NCBI RefSeq assembly: GCF_000195955.2
Contig: NC_000962.3
Coordinates: 360,001-392,000, forward strand
Reading direction: 5' to 3'
Source of the DNA: Mycobacterium tuberculosis H37Rv
GTDB lineage: Bacteria; Actinomycetota; Actinomycetes; Mycobacteriales; Mycobacteriaceae
DNA: 32,000 bases
Both the position numbers and the translations under genes were made by a program. Every line of letters begins with the position of its first letter. The stretch's first letter is position 1. Shown in pieces: positions 1-9,100 of this stretch. The notes beneath the pieces are model-generated. The model did not search any database. It had not been told where the DNA came from and saw only the letters and a program-made list of their open reading frames with translations.

Positions 1-1155
1 GGGATCGGCGCGTAGATCGTAGAGTTCCCGCTGCGGGCGGGGCGCCTTGACCAACGGTGCGACGGCCATGCCGGCCGGGCTTTCCTGGATATCCCACGGT
101 AGGTCCAGCAGCGGCCGGGGCGCGTAATTCTCGATGTAGCTGTATTCCTTGGTGCGGATTGCCCGAATCGGATCGAACGAGTCGTGATAGGTCTTGGCGG
201 TGTATACGTGGTCACGCACCGCAGCGTTTTCAGTGTCCGGCGCGAGGAGGGCCGGTGCGTGTGACACACCCTCGACATCGGCGGGTACCTCGAGTCTCAG
301 CAGGTCCAATAGCGTCGGAACCAGATCGACGCCGCTGAAAAGCTCGTCATAGACGCGAGGCGCCATCGCCCGGCGAGTGGGCGGGCGGATGATCAGCGCG
401 ATACCGGTTCCGGCGTCATACAGTGTGGACTTCGCCCGCGGAAATGCCGGACCGTGATCGGTGACGAACACCACCCAGGTGCTGGCGTCTAGGCCGGTAT
501 CGGCCAGTGTGTCAAGTAGCCGGCCAACCGCCTCGTCGGCTGTGGCGATAGAACCGTAGAACTCGGCGACGTCTTGGCGCACCTCGGGGGTATCGGGCAG
601 ATAGTCGGGCAGCTCGACGGCCGCGCTGTCGGCCGGCCGGTAGCGCTCATGCGGATAGGGCCGGTGGGTTTCGAAGAAGCCGGCGGTCAACAGGAACCGT
701 TGTCCGTCTAACGCGGGCACGCGATTATGCAGCCAGTCCTGGGCTTTGGCGACCACGTATTCGCAGTAGGAGTTCGACACGTCGAATTCGTCGAAGCCCA
801 GCCGCTTTGGGTAGGACGTCTCATGCTGCATACCGAAAAGAGCTGAGTACCAACCCGATTCGGATAGCAATTGCGGTAGGGTTTGGACCCCGGTGCGGTA
901 TTCCCAGCCGTGATGGGCCAGGCCGACCAACCCGTTGCTTTGCGGGTAGCGGCCGGTGAACAGCGAGCCCCGCGATGGTGTGCACAGCGGCGCGGTGGCA
1001 TGTGCCCTGGTGAACAGGATGCCCTCGGCGGCAAGCCGGTCCAGCCGCGGGCTGTAGACGTCCGGATGGTGGTAGACGCCGAGATAGCGCCCCAGGTCGT
1101 GCCAGTGCACGATCAGCAGGTTCTCGCGCTGCCCTGTGGCACGCTCACTCGTCAC
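1..1155 (-). CDS. Cys-type (formylglycine) sulfatase; C-terminus lies beyond the window start (Rv0296c-like)
   Basis: The minus-strand frame is open from pos 1 to a GTG at 1153-1155. Hand translation gives [26 protein letters not shown]... The sulfatase active-site signature C-T-P-S-R is at 970-984 (within [13 protein letters not shown]), and a C-proximal ELYDLRADP is at 1-27. It is absent from the ORF track because there is no stop inside the window. Confidence 0.9.
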   Translation of the reverse strand, partial: MTSERATGQRENLLIVHWHDLGRYLGVYHHPDVYSPRLDRLAAEGILFTRAHATAPLCTPSRGSLFTGRYPQSNGLVGLAHHGWEYRTGVQTLPQLLSESGWYSALFGMQHETSYPKRLGFDEFDVSNSYCEYVVAKAQDWLHNRVPALDGQRFLLTAGFFETHRPYPHERYRPADSAAVELPDYLPDTPEVRQDVAEFYGSIATADEAVGRLLDTLADTGLDASTWVVFVTDHGPAFPRAKSTLYDAGTGIALIIRPPTRRAMAPRVYDELFSGVDLVPTLLDLLRLEVPADVEGVSHAPALLAPDTENAAVRDHVYTAKTYHDSFDPIRAIRTKEYSYIENYAPRPLLDLPWDIQESPAGMAVAPLVKAPRPQRELYDLRADP

Positions 1156-1333
1156 CTTTGTCACCTCTCCAGCGAACCGCACCCGGCGCCGAAGCCGGAC
1201 AATAGAGCCTATACGTCGCGAGGCACTAGATACGCCACCGATGATGGCGGTAGGCTCGCTGATTGAATCGCGGCGACGGCGTAGGCGTGTTGTGTCTTGG
1301 CGTCCAGGAGTCACGAGTCGACGGGAGGTTCCC

Positions 1334-3109
1334 GTGTCCTTTGTGATCGCACAACCGGAGATGATCGCGGCGGCGGCCGGTGAGTTGGCCAGCATCAGAT
1401 CGGCGATCAACGCGGCCAATGCGGCGGCCGCGGCCCAGACCACCGGAGTCATGTCGGCGGCCGCCGACGAGGTGTCTACGGCGGTTGCCGCGCTGTTTTC
1501 CTCGCATGCCCAGGCCTATCAGGCCGCCAGCGCGCAAGCGGCCGCCTTTCACGCCCAGGTGGTGCGGACCCTGACCGTGGACGCGGGAGCGTATGCCAGC
1601 GCCGAGGCCGCCAACGCCGGGCCGAACATGCTGGCCGCGGTCAACGCCCCCGCCCAGGCGCTGTTGGGGCGCCCACTGATCGGCAACGGTGCCAACGGGG
1701 CGCCGGGCACCGGGCAGGCCGGCGGCGACGGTGGGCTGTTGTTCGGCAACGGCGGCAACGGCGGGTCCGGCGCACCCGGACAGGCCGGCGGGGCCGGCGG
1801 GGCGGCCGGGTTCTTCGGCAACGGTGGCAACGGCGGGGACGGCGGGGCCGGAGCGAACGGCGGCGCCGGCGGCACCGCCGGCTGGTTCTTCGGCTTCGGC
1901 GGCAACGGCGGGGCCGGCGGGATCGGTGTTGCCGGCATCAACGGCGGTCTCGGCGGCGCCGGCGGCGACGGCGGCAACGCCGGGTTCTTCGGCAACGGCG
2001 GCAACGGCGGCATGGGCGGGGCCGGGGCGGCCGGCGTGAACGCCGTCAATCCCGGCCTGGCCACCCCGGTCACCCCGGCGGCCAACGGCGGCAACGGCCT
2101 CAACCTCGTCGGCGTTCCCGGCACCGCCGGTGGCGGCGCCGATGGCGCCAACGGCAGTGCCATTGGCCAGGCGGGCGGCGCTGGCGGTGACGGCGGCAAC
2201 GCCTCCACGAGTGGGGGCATCGGGATCGCGCAAACCGGGGGCGCCGGCGGCGCTGGCGGTGCCGGCGGCGACGGCGCACCCGGTGGCAACGGCGGCAATG
2301 GTGGCAGCGTCGAGCACACTGGCGCTACCGGCTCCTCTGCGAGCGGCGGCAATGGTGCCACCGGCGGGAACGGCGGGGTCGGTGCGCCCGGCGGTGCCGG
2401 CGGCAACGGCGGCCACGTCAGCGGCGGATCGGTCAACACAGCCGGCGCCGGTGGCAAAGGCGGCAACGGCGGCACCGGCGGCGCCGGCGGCCCGGGCGGC
2501 CACGGCGGCAGCGTTCTATCCGGCCCGGTTGGCGACAGTGGCAACGGTGGTGCCGGCGGGGACGGCGGGGCCGGGGTTAGCGCCACCGATATCGCCGGCA
2601 CCGGCGGGCGCGGCGGCAACGGTGGTCATGGCGGGCTGTGGATCGGCAACGGCGGCGACGGTGGTGCGGGCGGTGTCGGCGGTGTCGGCGGGGCCGGTGC
2701 GGCTGGCGCGATCGGCGGCCACGGCGGCGATGGCGGCTCCGTAAATACCCCTATTGGCGGCAGCGAGGCCGGTGACGGCGGTAAGGGCGGCCTGGGCGGG
2801 GACGGCGGTGGGCGCGGGATATTCGGCCAGTTTGGGGCCGGCGGGGCCGGTGGTGCCGGAGGCGTCGGCGGCGCCGGCGGGGCTGGCGGGACCGGCGGCG
2901 GCGGCGGCAACGGTGGGGCCATTTTCAATGCCGGTACCCCCGGCGCCGCCGGCACGGGCGGTGACGGCGGTGTTGGCGGGACCGGTGCGGCCGGCGGGAA
3001 AGGCGGGGCCGGCGGTAGCGGCGGCGTCAACGGCGCCACCGGCGCCGACGGCGCCAAGGGCCTCGACGGTGCCACCGGCGGCAAAGGCAACAACGGCAAC
3101 CCCGGCTGA
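1334..3109 (+). CDS. PE_PGRS5: PE_PGRS family protein (PE_PGRS5, Rv0297-like)
   Basis: GTG at 1334 is preceded by a GGGAGG Shine-Dalgarno at 1323-1328. The N-terminus (V/M)[47 protein letters not shown]...[11 protein letters not shown] is a PE domain. [10 protein letters not shown] linker follows, then ~470 aa of GGxGGxGG (PGRS) repeats. Stop TGA is at 3107-3109. The track ORF start at 1136 adds a non-PE leader and is unlikely. Confidence 0.93.
   Translation: MSFVIAQPEMIAAAAGELASIRSAINAANAAAAAQTTGVMSAAADEVSTAVAALFSSHAQAYQAASAQAAAFHAQVVRTLTVDAGAYASAEAANAGPNMLAAVNAPAQALLGRPLIGNGANGAPGTGQAGGDGGLLFGNGGNGGSGAPGQAGGAGGAAGFFGNGGNGGDGGAGANGGAGGTAGWFFGFGGNGGAGGIGVAGINGGLGGAGGDGGNAGFFGNGGNGGMGGAGAAGVNAVNPGLATPVTPAANGGNGLNLVGVPGTAGGGADGANGSAIGQAGGAGGDGGNASTSGGIGIAQTGGAGGAGGAGGDGAPGGNGGNGGSVEHTGATGSSASGGNGATGGNGGVGAPGGAGGNGGHVSGGSVNTAGAGGKGGNGGTGGAGGPGGHGGSVLSGPVGDSGNGGAGGDGGAGVSATDIAGTGGRGGNGGHGGLWIGNGGDGGAGGVGGVGGAGAAGAIGGHGGDGGSVNTPIGGSEAGDGGKGGLGGDGGGRGIFGQFGAGGAGGAGGVGGAGGAGGTGGGGGNGGAIFNAGTPGAAGTGGDGGVGGTGAAGGKGGAGGSGGVNGATGADGAKGLDGATGGKGNNGNPG
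1690..3106 (+). repeat. PGRS (polymorphic GC-rich sequence) coding repeat, GGC/GGN-rich
   Basis: Near-continuous ggcggc/ggcaacggcggc triplet repeats encode Gly-Gly-Ala/Asn. Long open frames on both strands are a by-product of this composition. Confidence 0.9.
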
Positions 3110-3226
3110 GTCCGGATTCACCGAGTCTGTAGATACCGTGGTCCGCATTCGCAGTTTTGTGCGCCAACTACAGCCTCGATGACACGACCGCGGCGAATCC
3201 CGTTTCCCGGGTGCGGCGACACCGCG

Positions 3227-3243
3227 TCCTACGATTAGTAGGA
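3227..3243. promoter_or_regulatory. Inverted repeat TCCTAC-gatta-GTAGGA overlapping a TAGGAT -10-like hexamer (3239-3244); candidate operator/promoter of the 3252 antitoxin
   Basis: Perfect 6-bp arms with a 5-bp spacer, read directly. The TANNNT hexamer ends 7 nt before ATG 3252, and no Shine-Dalgarno sits between them, which suggests a leaderless mRNA. Confidence 0.4.
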
Positions 3244-3251
3244 TCTCTGGT

Positions 3252-3479
3252 ATGACGAAAGAGAAGATCTCCGTGACGGTGGACGCGGCCGTCCTCGCGG
3301 CGATCGACGCGGACGCCAGGGCGGCGGGTTTGAATCGGTCGGAAATGATTGAGCAGGCACTGCGCAACGAGCACCTGCGTGTCGCTCTGCGCGATTACAC
3401 GGCTAAAACCGTACCGGCGTTGGACATCGATGCCTACGCACAGCGGGTGTACCAGGCGAACCGGGCGGCCGGAAGTTGA
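3252..3479 (+). CDS. Ribbon-helix-helix (CopG/RHH) antitoxin (Rv0298-like)
   Basis: 75 aa: MTKEKISVTVDAAVLAAIDADARAAGLNRSEMIEQALRNEHL..., the typical RHH beta-strand plus two helices. Its TGA (3477-3479) overlaps the TTG start of the next ORF (tTGa). Confidence 0.85.
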   Translation: MTKEKISVTVDAAVLAAIDADARAAGLNRSEMIEQALRNEHLRVALRDYTAKTVPALDIDAYAQRVYQANRAAGS

Positions 3480-3778
3480 TCGCTCCCGGCGACATCGCGC
3501 CGCGCCGCGACAGTGAACACGAGCTCTACGTCGCCGTCTTGTCCAACGCGCTCCATCGGGCCGCGGACACCGGACGGGTGATCACCTGCCCATTCATTCC
3601 GGGCCGGGTCCCCGAGGATCTCTTGGCGATGGTGGTGGCGGTCGAGCAACCCAACGGCACGCTGCTGCCGGAACTCGTGCAGTGGCTTCATGTTGCCGCG
3701 CTCGGTGCGCCACTCGGCAACGCGGGCGTGGCCGCCCTACGCGAGGCTGCCTCGGTCGTGACAGCTCTGCTCTGTTAG
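3476..3778 (+). CDS. Small toxin partner of the RHH antitoxin, probable divergent MazF/PemK-like fold (Rv0299-like)
   Basis: 100 aa with a TTG start and a 4-bp overlap with the upstream antitoxin. By-eye similarity to MazF/PemK: PGDI..., YVAVLSN, GRVITCPFI, and the C-terminal LLPELVQWLHVAALGAPLGNAGVAALREAASVV pattern. The toxin role is inferred from the operon architecture. Confidence 0.7.
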   Translation: MIAPGDIAPRRDSEHELYVAVLSNALHRAADTGRVITCPFIPGRVPEDLLAMVVAVEQPNGTLLPELVQWLHVAALGAPLGNAGVAALREAASVVTALLC

Positions 3779-3800
3779 CCCTGTCACCGGCGAAGATACC

Positions 3801-3818
3801 TGATATCGCCAGATATCA
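3801..3818. promoter_or_regulatory. Inverted repeat TGATATC-gcca-GATATCA (two GATATC palindromes 10 bp apart) overlapping a TATCAT -10-like hexamer (3814-3819); candidate VapB2 operator/promoter
   Basis: Perfect 7-bp arms, read directly. The TANNNT hexamer ends 6 nt before ATG 3826 and there is no SD, consistent with a leaderless transcript. Confidence 0.45.
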
Positions 3819-3825
3819 TCGGAAG

Positions 3826-4047
3826 ATGAGTGATGTACTGATTCGGGACATCCCCGACGACGTGTTAGCAAGCCTTGACGCGATCGCGGCACGCTTGGGC
3901 TTGTCGCGGACCGAATACATCCGTCGGCGTTTAGCCCAGGATGCGCAGACGGCTCGCGTCACCGTGACAGCCGCGGATCTTCGACGCCTCAGGGGTGCGG
4001 TTGCCGGTCTGGGCGATCCCGAGCTTATGCGTCAGGCGTGGAGGTGA
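3826..4047 (+). CDS. vapB2: VapB antitoxin (RHH-type), vapB2
   Basis: 73 aa: [41 protein letters not shown]... The TGA stop overlaps the GTG start of the downstream PIN gene (GTGA at 4044-4047). Confidence 0.88.
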
Positions 4048-4469
4048 CTGACCAGCGCTGGCTGATCGACAAGTCGGCGCTGGTGCGGCTCACGGACAGC
4101 CCTGACATGGAAATCTGGTCGAACCGGATCGAACGCGGCCTGGTACACATCACGGGCGTGACACGCTTGGAAGTAGGGTTCTCGGCCGAATGCGGGGAGA
4201 TAGCGCGACGGGAGTTTCGTGAACCGCCGCTGTCTGCGATGCCCGTGGAATACCTAACCCCGAGAATTGAAGACCGTGCGCTCGAGGTGCAGACCTTGCT
4301 TGCCGACCGCGGACACCACCGTGGCCCGTCGATCCCGGATCTGCTCATCGCCGCGACAGCCGAACTGTCGGGCTTGACGGTACTGCACGTCGACAAGGAC
4401 TTTGACGCCATCGCCGCGCTTACCGGTCAGAAAACAGAACGGCTCACGCATCGCCCGCCTTCCGCTTAA
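4044..4469 (+). CDS. vapC2: VapC PIN-domain ribonuclease toxin, vapC2
   Basis: PIN acidic residues occur in context: LIDKSAL (D), TRLEVGF (E), [10 protein letters not shown] (D), HVDKDFD (D). GTG at 4044; an alternative GTG at 4038 is the one used by the track. The gene is translationally coupled to vapB2. Confidence 0.88.
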
Positions 4470-4519
4470 GGAGCCCGACCAACCCTTGTGATTGGCGTGG
4501 GGGGGCGCTAACGTAACTG

Positions 4520-4539
4520 TCTGTAACGTTCGATACAGA
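4520..4539. promoter_or_regulatory. Candidate TetR operator: TCTGTA-acgttcga-TACAGA, flanked by repeated TAACGT (4509-4514, 4524-4529)
   Basis: 6-bp perfect arms lie in a locally AT-richer patch 65-95 nt upstream of the TetR start. The two TAACGT hexamers fit TANNNT. The assignment to the TetR protein is inference only. Confidence 0.3.
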
Positions 4540-4604
4540 ACTGGCGCCGGGGTGCGGCCGCGACTCTACGAGCCGAGACAAGCCGGCGCAAGGATGGCGC
4601 ACCA

Positions 4605-5237
4605 GTGGGCGTTCCCGCCAAGAAAAAACAGCAGCAGGGGGAGAGGTCACGAGAATCGATTCTCGACGCGACCGAACGCCTGATGGCGACCAAGGGCTAC
4701 GCGGCGACCTCGATCAGCGACATCCGCGACGCGTGCGGGCTAGCACCCAGCTCTATTTACTGGCACTTCGGCTCCAAAGAGGGCGTGCTGGCCGCCATGA
4801 TGGAGCGCGGCGCGCAGCGCTTCTTTGCCGCGATACCCACCTGGGATGAGGCCCATGGGCCCGTCGAGCAGCGATCCGAGCGCCAGCTGACCGAGCTGGT
4901 GAGCCTGCAGTCGCAGCATCCGGACTTCCTGCGCCTGTTCTACCTGCTGTCGATGGAACGAAGTCAGGATCCGGCGGTTGCCGCGGTGGTGCGCCGGGTC
5001 CGCAACACCGCGATCGCCCGATTTCGTGACAGCATCACGCACCTGCTGCCATCGGACATCCCGCCGGGCAAAGCCGATCTCGTCGTCGCGGAGCTGACCG
5101 CGTTCGCGGTTGCGCTGTCGGACGGCGTCTATTTCGCCGGCCACCTTGAACCGGACACGACCGACGTCGAGCGCATGTACCGGCGGCTGCGGCAAGCGCT
5201 CGAGGCCCTGATTCCCGTCCTCCTGGAGGAGACATGA
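4605..5237 (+). CDS. TetR-family transcriptional regulator (Rv0302-like)
   Basis: 210 aa with a GTG start. The N-terminal HTH is RESILDATERLMATKGYAATSISDIRDACGLAPSSIYWHFGSKEGVL. The stop overlaps the next start (ATGA at 5234-5237). Confidence 0.92.
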   Translation: MGVPAKKKQQQGERSRESILDATERLMATKGYAATSISDIRDACGLAPSSIYWHFGSKEGVLAAMMERGAQRFFAAIPTWDEAHGPVEQRSERQLTELVSLQSQHPDFLRLFYLLSMERSQDPAVAAVVRRVRNTAIARFRDSITHLLPSDIPPGKADLVVAELTAFAVALSDGVYFAGHLEPDTTDVERMYRRLRQALEALIPVLLEET

Positions 5238-6142
5238 ACACCGGAACCGCCGTCATCACCGGGGCCAGCTCCGGCCTCGGGTTGCAGTGCGCCCGCGCCC
5301 TGCTACGTCGCGACGCATCGTGGCATGTGGTGTTGGCGGTGCGCGACCCGGCGCGCGGCCGTGCGGCCATGGAGGAATTGGGGGAGCCAAACCGGTGTTC
5401 GGTTCTCGAGGTGGACCTCGCGTCGGTGCGGTCCGTGCGCAGTTTCGTGGAAACCGTGCGGACCACGCCGCTGCCGCCGATTCGTGCCCTGGTGTGCAAT
5501 GCCGGCCTGCAGGTGGTGTCGGGCATCGCGTTCACCGACGACGGTGTCGAGATGACGTTCGGGGTAAACCACTTGGGTCACTTTGCTTTAGTGACCGGGA
5601 TTCTCGACTGGTTGGCCCGTCCGGCGCGCATCGTTGTCGTCAGCAGCGGCACGCACGACCCGAGCAAGCACACCGGAATGCCCGACCCTCGGTATACCTG
5701 CGCCGCCGACCTCGCGCACCCGCCCACCGATCAGAACACGCCGGCCGAAGGCCGCCGTCGATACACCACGTCCAAGCTGTGCAACGTGCTCTTCACCTAC
5801 GAGCTCGACCGCCGCCTCGATCACGGAGAACAGGGCGTGATGGTCAACGCGTTCGACCCCGGCCTAATGCCGGGCTCCGGCTTGGCCCGCGACTATCCGC
5901 CGATCCTGCGACTGGCGTACCGTCTCCTGTCGCCGATGCTGCGCGTCCTTCCCTTCGTTCACAGCACCCGGGTCTCCGGCGAACACCTGGCGGCGCTGGC
6001 GGTCGATCCGCGGTTCGCGGGCGTGACGGGCCAATATTTCGCGGGCGCCAAGGCGATCCGGTCTTCCGCCGAGTCCTACGATCGGGCAAAGGCGCTCGAC
6101 CTCTGGGAGACCAGTGAACGGCTGCTGGCCCAGGTGACATAG
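5234..6142 (+). CDS. Short-chain dehydrogenase/reductase (Rv0303-like)
   Basis: 302 aa carrying the Rossmann motif TGASSGLG, NAG (VCNAGL), and the catalytic YxxxK (RRYTTSKLCNV). It forms an operon with the TetR gene. Confidence 0.92.
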   Translation: MNTGTAVITGASSGLGLQCARALLRRDASWHVVLAVRDPARGRAAMEELGEPNRCSVLEVDLASVRSVRSFVETVRTTPLPPIRALVCNAGLQVVSGIAFTDDGVEMTFGVNHLGHFALVTGILDWLARPARIVVVSSGTHDPSKHTGMPDPRYTCAADLAHPPTDQNTPAEGRRRYTTSKLCNVLFTYELDRRLDHGEQGVMVNAFDPGLMPGSGLARDYPPILRLAYRLLSPMLRVLPFVHSTRVSGEHLAALAVDPRFAGVTGQYFAGAKAIRSSAESYDRAKALDLWETSERLLAQVT

Positions 6143-6149
6143 CTGCGCG

Positions 6150-9100
6150 TTATCCCCTAAAGAAACCCGCCAGGTTGGTGCCAAAGTTACCGATGCCGGA
6201 AAGGAACCCCGGCGTCGCGAGATCCAGCGCGCTGGCGTTCAACCAGCCCGAGATGGTGTTGCCCACGTTGGCGACACCCGATCCCAGCGCGCCGGTATTG
6301 AGGTAGCCCGACAGGCCGGCACCGGAGTTCACGAATCCCGATACGCTTCCGGCGCCGCTGTTGAAGAAGCCCGACGACGGGCCGCCAGTGAGGTTGAAGT
6401 AGCCGGGGGTCACCGGAATGCCCAACAGCGGCAGGCCGATCAGGCCCTGATAGTCGCCACTCACCAAGAAGCCGTTGCTGTAGCTGCCGGTAATGAACGC
6501 ACCGGTGTCCACATCGCCCGTGTTCGCCACGCCCGTGTTGTAGTCACCGGTGTTGAGGTAGCCCGTGTTGCCACTGCCCGGGTTGAAGCCGCCGGTGTTG
6601 AAGCTGCCCGGGTTGAAGCTGCCGGTGTTGAGGTCCCCGGGGTTGAACACGCCCGTGTTGGTGCTGCCCGCGTTGCCGATGCCGGTGTTGAAGCCGCCCG
6701 AGTTCGCGAGACCGAAGTTGCCGGTGCCGGTGTTAAAGATGCCGACGTTGCCGGTGCCCGAGTTGAAGAACCCGATGTTTCCGCTGCCGGAGTTGAACAG
6801 CCCGATGTTGTTGCTGCCCGAGTTGAGGCTGCCGATCCCGATCTGGCCGTTGCCGGTGAGCCCGACGCCGATGTTGTTGTTACCGGTATTCGCGAAGCCG
6901 ATGTTGTAGCTGCCGGTGTTGGCAAAGCCCAGGTTGTCGCTGCCGAAGTTCGCGAAGCCGATGTTGTAGCTGCCGGCGTTGCCAAAGCCCAGGTTGTCGT
7001 CGCCCAGATTTGCCAACCCGATGTTGTAGCTGCCCAGGTTCGCCAAGCCGATATCGAAGATCCCGGTGTTGGCGATGCCGATGTTGTTACCGCCGATGTT
7101 GACCCCGCCGAAGTTGAGGTCGCCGAGGTTGCCGATGCCCAGGTTGGAGTCGCCGGTATTAACGAAGCCGATGTTGACGCTGCCCAGGTTCCCGATGCCC
7201 GCGTTGAGGCCGCCCTGGTTTGCGACGCCGAAGTTCAGCGTCAGGTTGCCGGTGTTGTCGAGGAACAGGCCGGCCAGGTTGGCGCCGATGTTTGCGATGC
7301 CCGAGCCGAAGGCGGGCGTCGCGAGGTCCAGCGTGCTCGTGTTGTAGACGCCCGAGATGGTGTTGCCCAGGTTCGCCAGACCCGACTGCAGCGCGCCGAA
7401 ATTCAGTAGGCCCGAATTGCCCAAGCCGCCGGCGTTAAAGAAGCCCGAATTGCCAGCGCCGAAGTTCCCGGAGCCCGACATGTTGCCGGCGCCGAAGTTC
7501 CCGAAGCCCGATACATGGCCGGCGCCGGTGTGGAAGAAACCCGACGACGGGCCGGTGGTCGAGTTGCCGAAACCCGGGGTACCACCGATGCTGATGCCGA
7601 TGGGGATCGGGCCGAAGCCGCCGGTGCCAACCATGCTGATGGTTTGCTGAATGGGCGAATCGATGGCGATGACTTGATTGACATCGATCGTGATGGGGCC
7701 GATCATCTCGTTGACAAGCACCGCCGCAGGACCAAGCAAGACTCGTATCTGGAAACCGGGAATGGTGAAACTGTTTGGCGTGGTGGCGACGACGGTGCCG
7801 GTGATGGGTATGTCGATTGGAACACTCAAGTCGTAGCGGTAGGGGATTTCGGGAATGGTGATCGTTGTGGAAAGGCCAATCAACCCCTGGTAGTCACCTC
7901 GCCAGAAGAACCCGTTGCTGTAATTGCCGGAGATGAACGCGCCGGTGTTGACGTTGCCCGTGTTGGCCACACCCGTGTTGTAGTCACCCGCGTTGAAGTA
8001 GCCCGTGTTGTAGTCACCGGAGTTGAAGCTGCCGGTGTTGTGATCGCCGAGGTTGAAGCTGCCGGTATTGGTGCTGCCAGTGTTGAAGCTGCCGGTGTTG
8101 ATGCTGCCGGTGTTGATGCTGCCGGTGTTGCCGACGCCGGTGTTGACGTTGCCCGGGTTGAACAGGCCCGTGTTGGTGCTGCCCGTGTTCCCGAGGCCGG
8201 TGTTGAAGCTGCCCGAGTTTGCGATGCCGAAGTTTGCGGTGCCGGTGTTTCCGATGCCCACGTTGCCGGTGCCCGAGTTGAAGAATCCTACGTTTCCGTC
8301 ACCGGAGTTGAACAAGCCGATGTTGTGGCTGCCCGAGTTGAAGCTGCCGAACCCGATCTGACCGGTGCCGGTGAGCCCGATGCCGATATTGCCGCTACCG
8401 GTGTTGGCGAAGCCGATATTGGCACTGCCGGTGTTAGCAATGCCGATATGGTAGTTGCCCGAGTTGGCGAAGCCGACGCTGTAGTTGCCCAGGTTTGCCA
8501 AGCCAATGTTGTGGTTGCCCACGTTTGCGAAACCGACATTGAAGATTCCGGTGTTCCCGATCCCGAAGTTAGAGCCCCCGAGGTTTGCCAAGCCGACATT
8601 GAGGTTGCCGAGGCCGGCCAAGTCGAGGATCGTCGTGCCGGCGCCGCCCTGCAGCAGGCCGGCGATGTTTGCGAGGCCGGAGCCGAAGGCCGGCGTCCCG
8701 AGGTCCAGCGGGCTCGTGTTGTAGATACCCGAGATGGTGTTGCCCACATTCGCCACACCCGATCCCAACGCGCCGACGTTGAGCAAGCCCGAGACTCCTG
8801 AGGCTGCCGACGCAAGGTTCCACAGGCCCGATGTGTTGCCGCCGACGTTGCCGAACCCGGATGCGGTGCCGGCGCCGGTGTTGAAGAAGCCTGACGACGG
8901 GCTGGTGGTCGAGTTTCCGATGCCCGGCGCTGCCGGAATGTCGATGATCGGGATGGTGATGGGGCCGAGGCCGGCGGTGGCGCTGATGTTGATCGCGGTC
9001 GTGGGTCCGCCCACGGCGATCGCGAACGTGGGAACGCTGAGCACGAAGCTCGGGACAATGATGGGACCGATGTCCGGCTCGGTATGGATGTGAAAGCTAA

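Noticed and set aside
57-1266. Plus-strand ORFs 57-338 and 883-1266, and minus-strand ORF 708-1034, over the sulfatase gene
   Set aside because: They overlap the sulfatase reading frame, which carries the CTPSR and ELYDLRADP signatures. Their own products are Arg/Pro-rich with no motifs.
2785-2818. G-quadruplex-capable run GGG-N6-GGG-N1-GGGG-N8-GGG-N3-GGG on the PE_PGRS5 coding strand
   Set aside because: One loop exceeds the usual 7-nt limit. Such G-tract clusters are also an expected by-product of Gly (GGN) codon repeats, so there is nothing specific to this site without experimental data.
1226-3367. Long ORFs on both strands and in alternative frames across PE_PGRS5 (e.g. 1226-2503 minus 425 aa, 1549-2619 minus 356 aa Pro-rich, 2130-2744 plus, 2516-3367 minus, 2626-3099 minus)
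   Set aside because: They are shadow ORFs. GGC/GCC-rich repeats lack stop codons in most frames, and the products are Ala/Pro/Arg low-complexity strings. Only the + frame starting at 1334 has a recognisable PE domain and an SD.
5287-6117. 276-aa alternative-frame + strand ORF inside the SDR gene, plus other internal ORFs (5303-5581 minus, 5864-6184 minus, 4740-5195 minus)
   Set aside because: The products are Arg/Pro/Gly-rich with no motifs. The overlapping frame carries complete TGxxxGxG, NAG and YxxxK SDR motifs.
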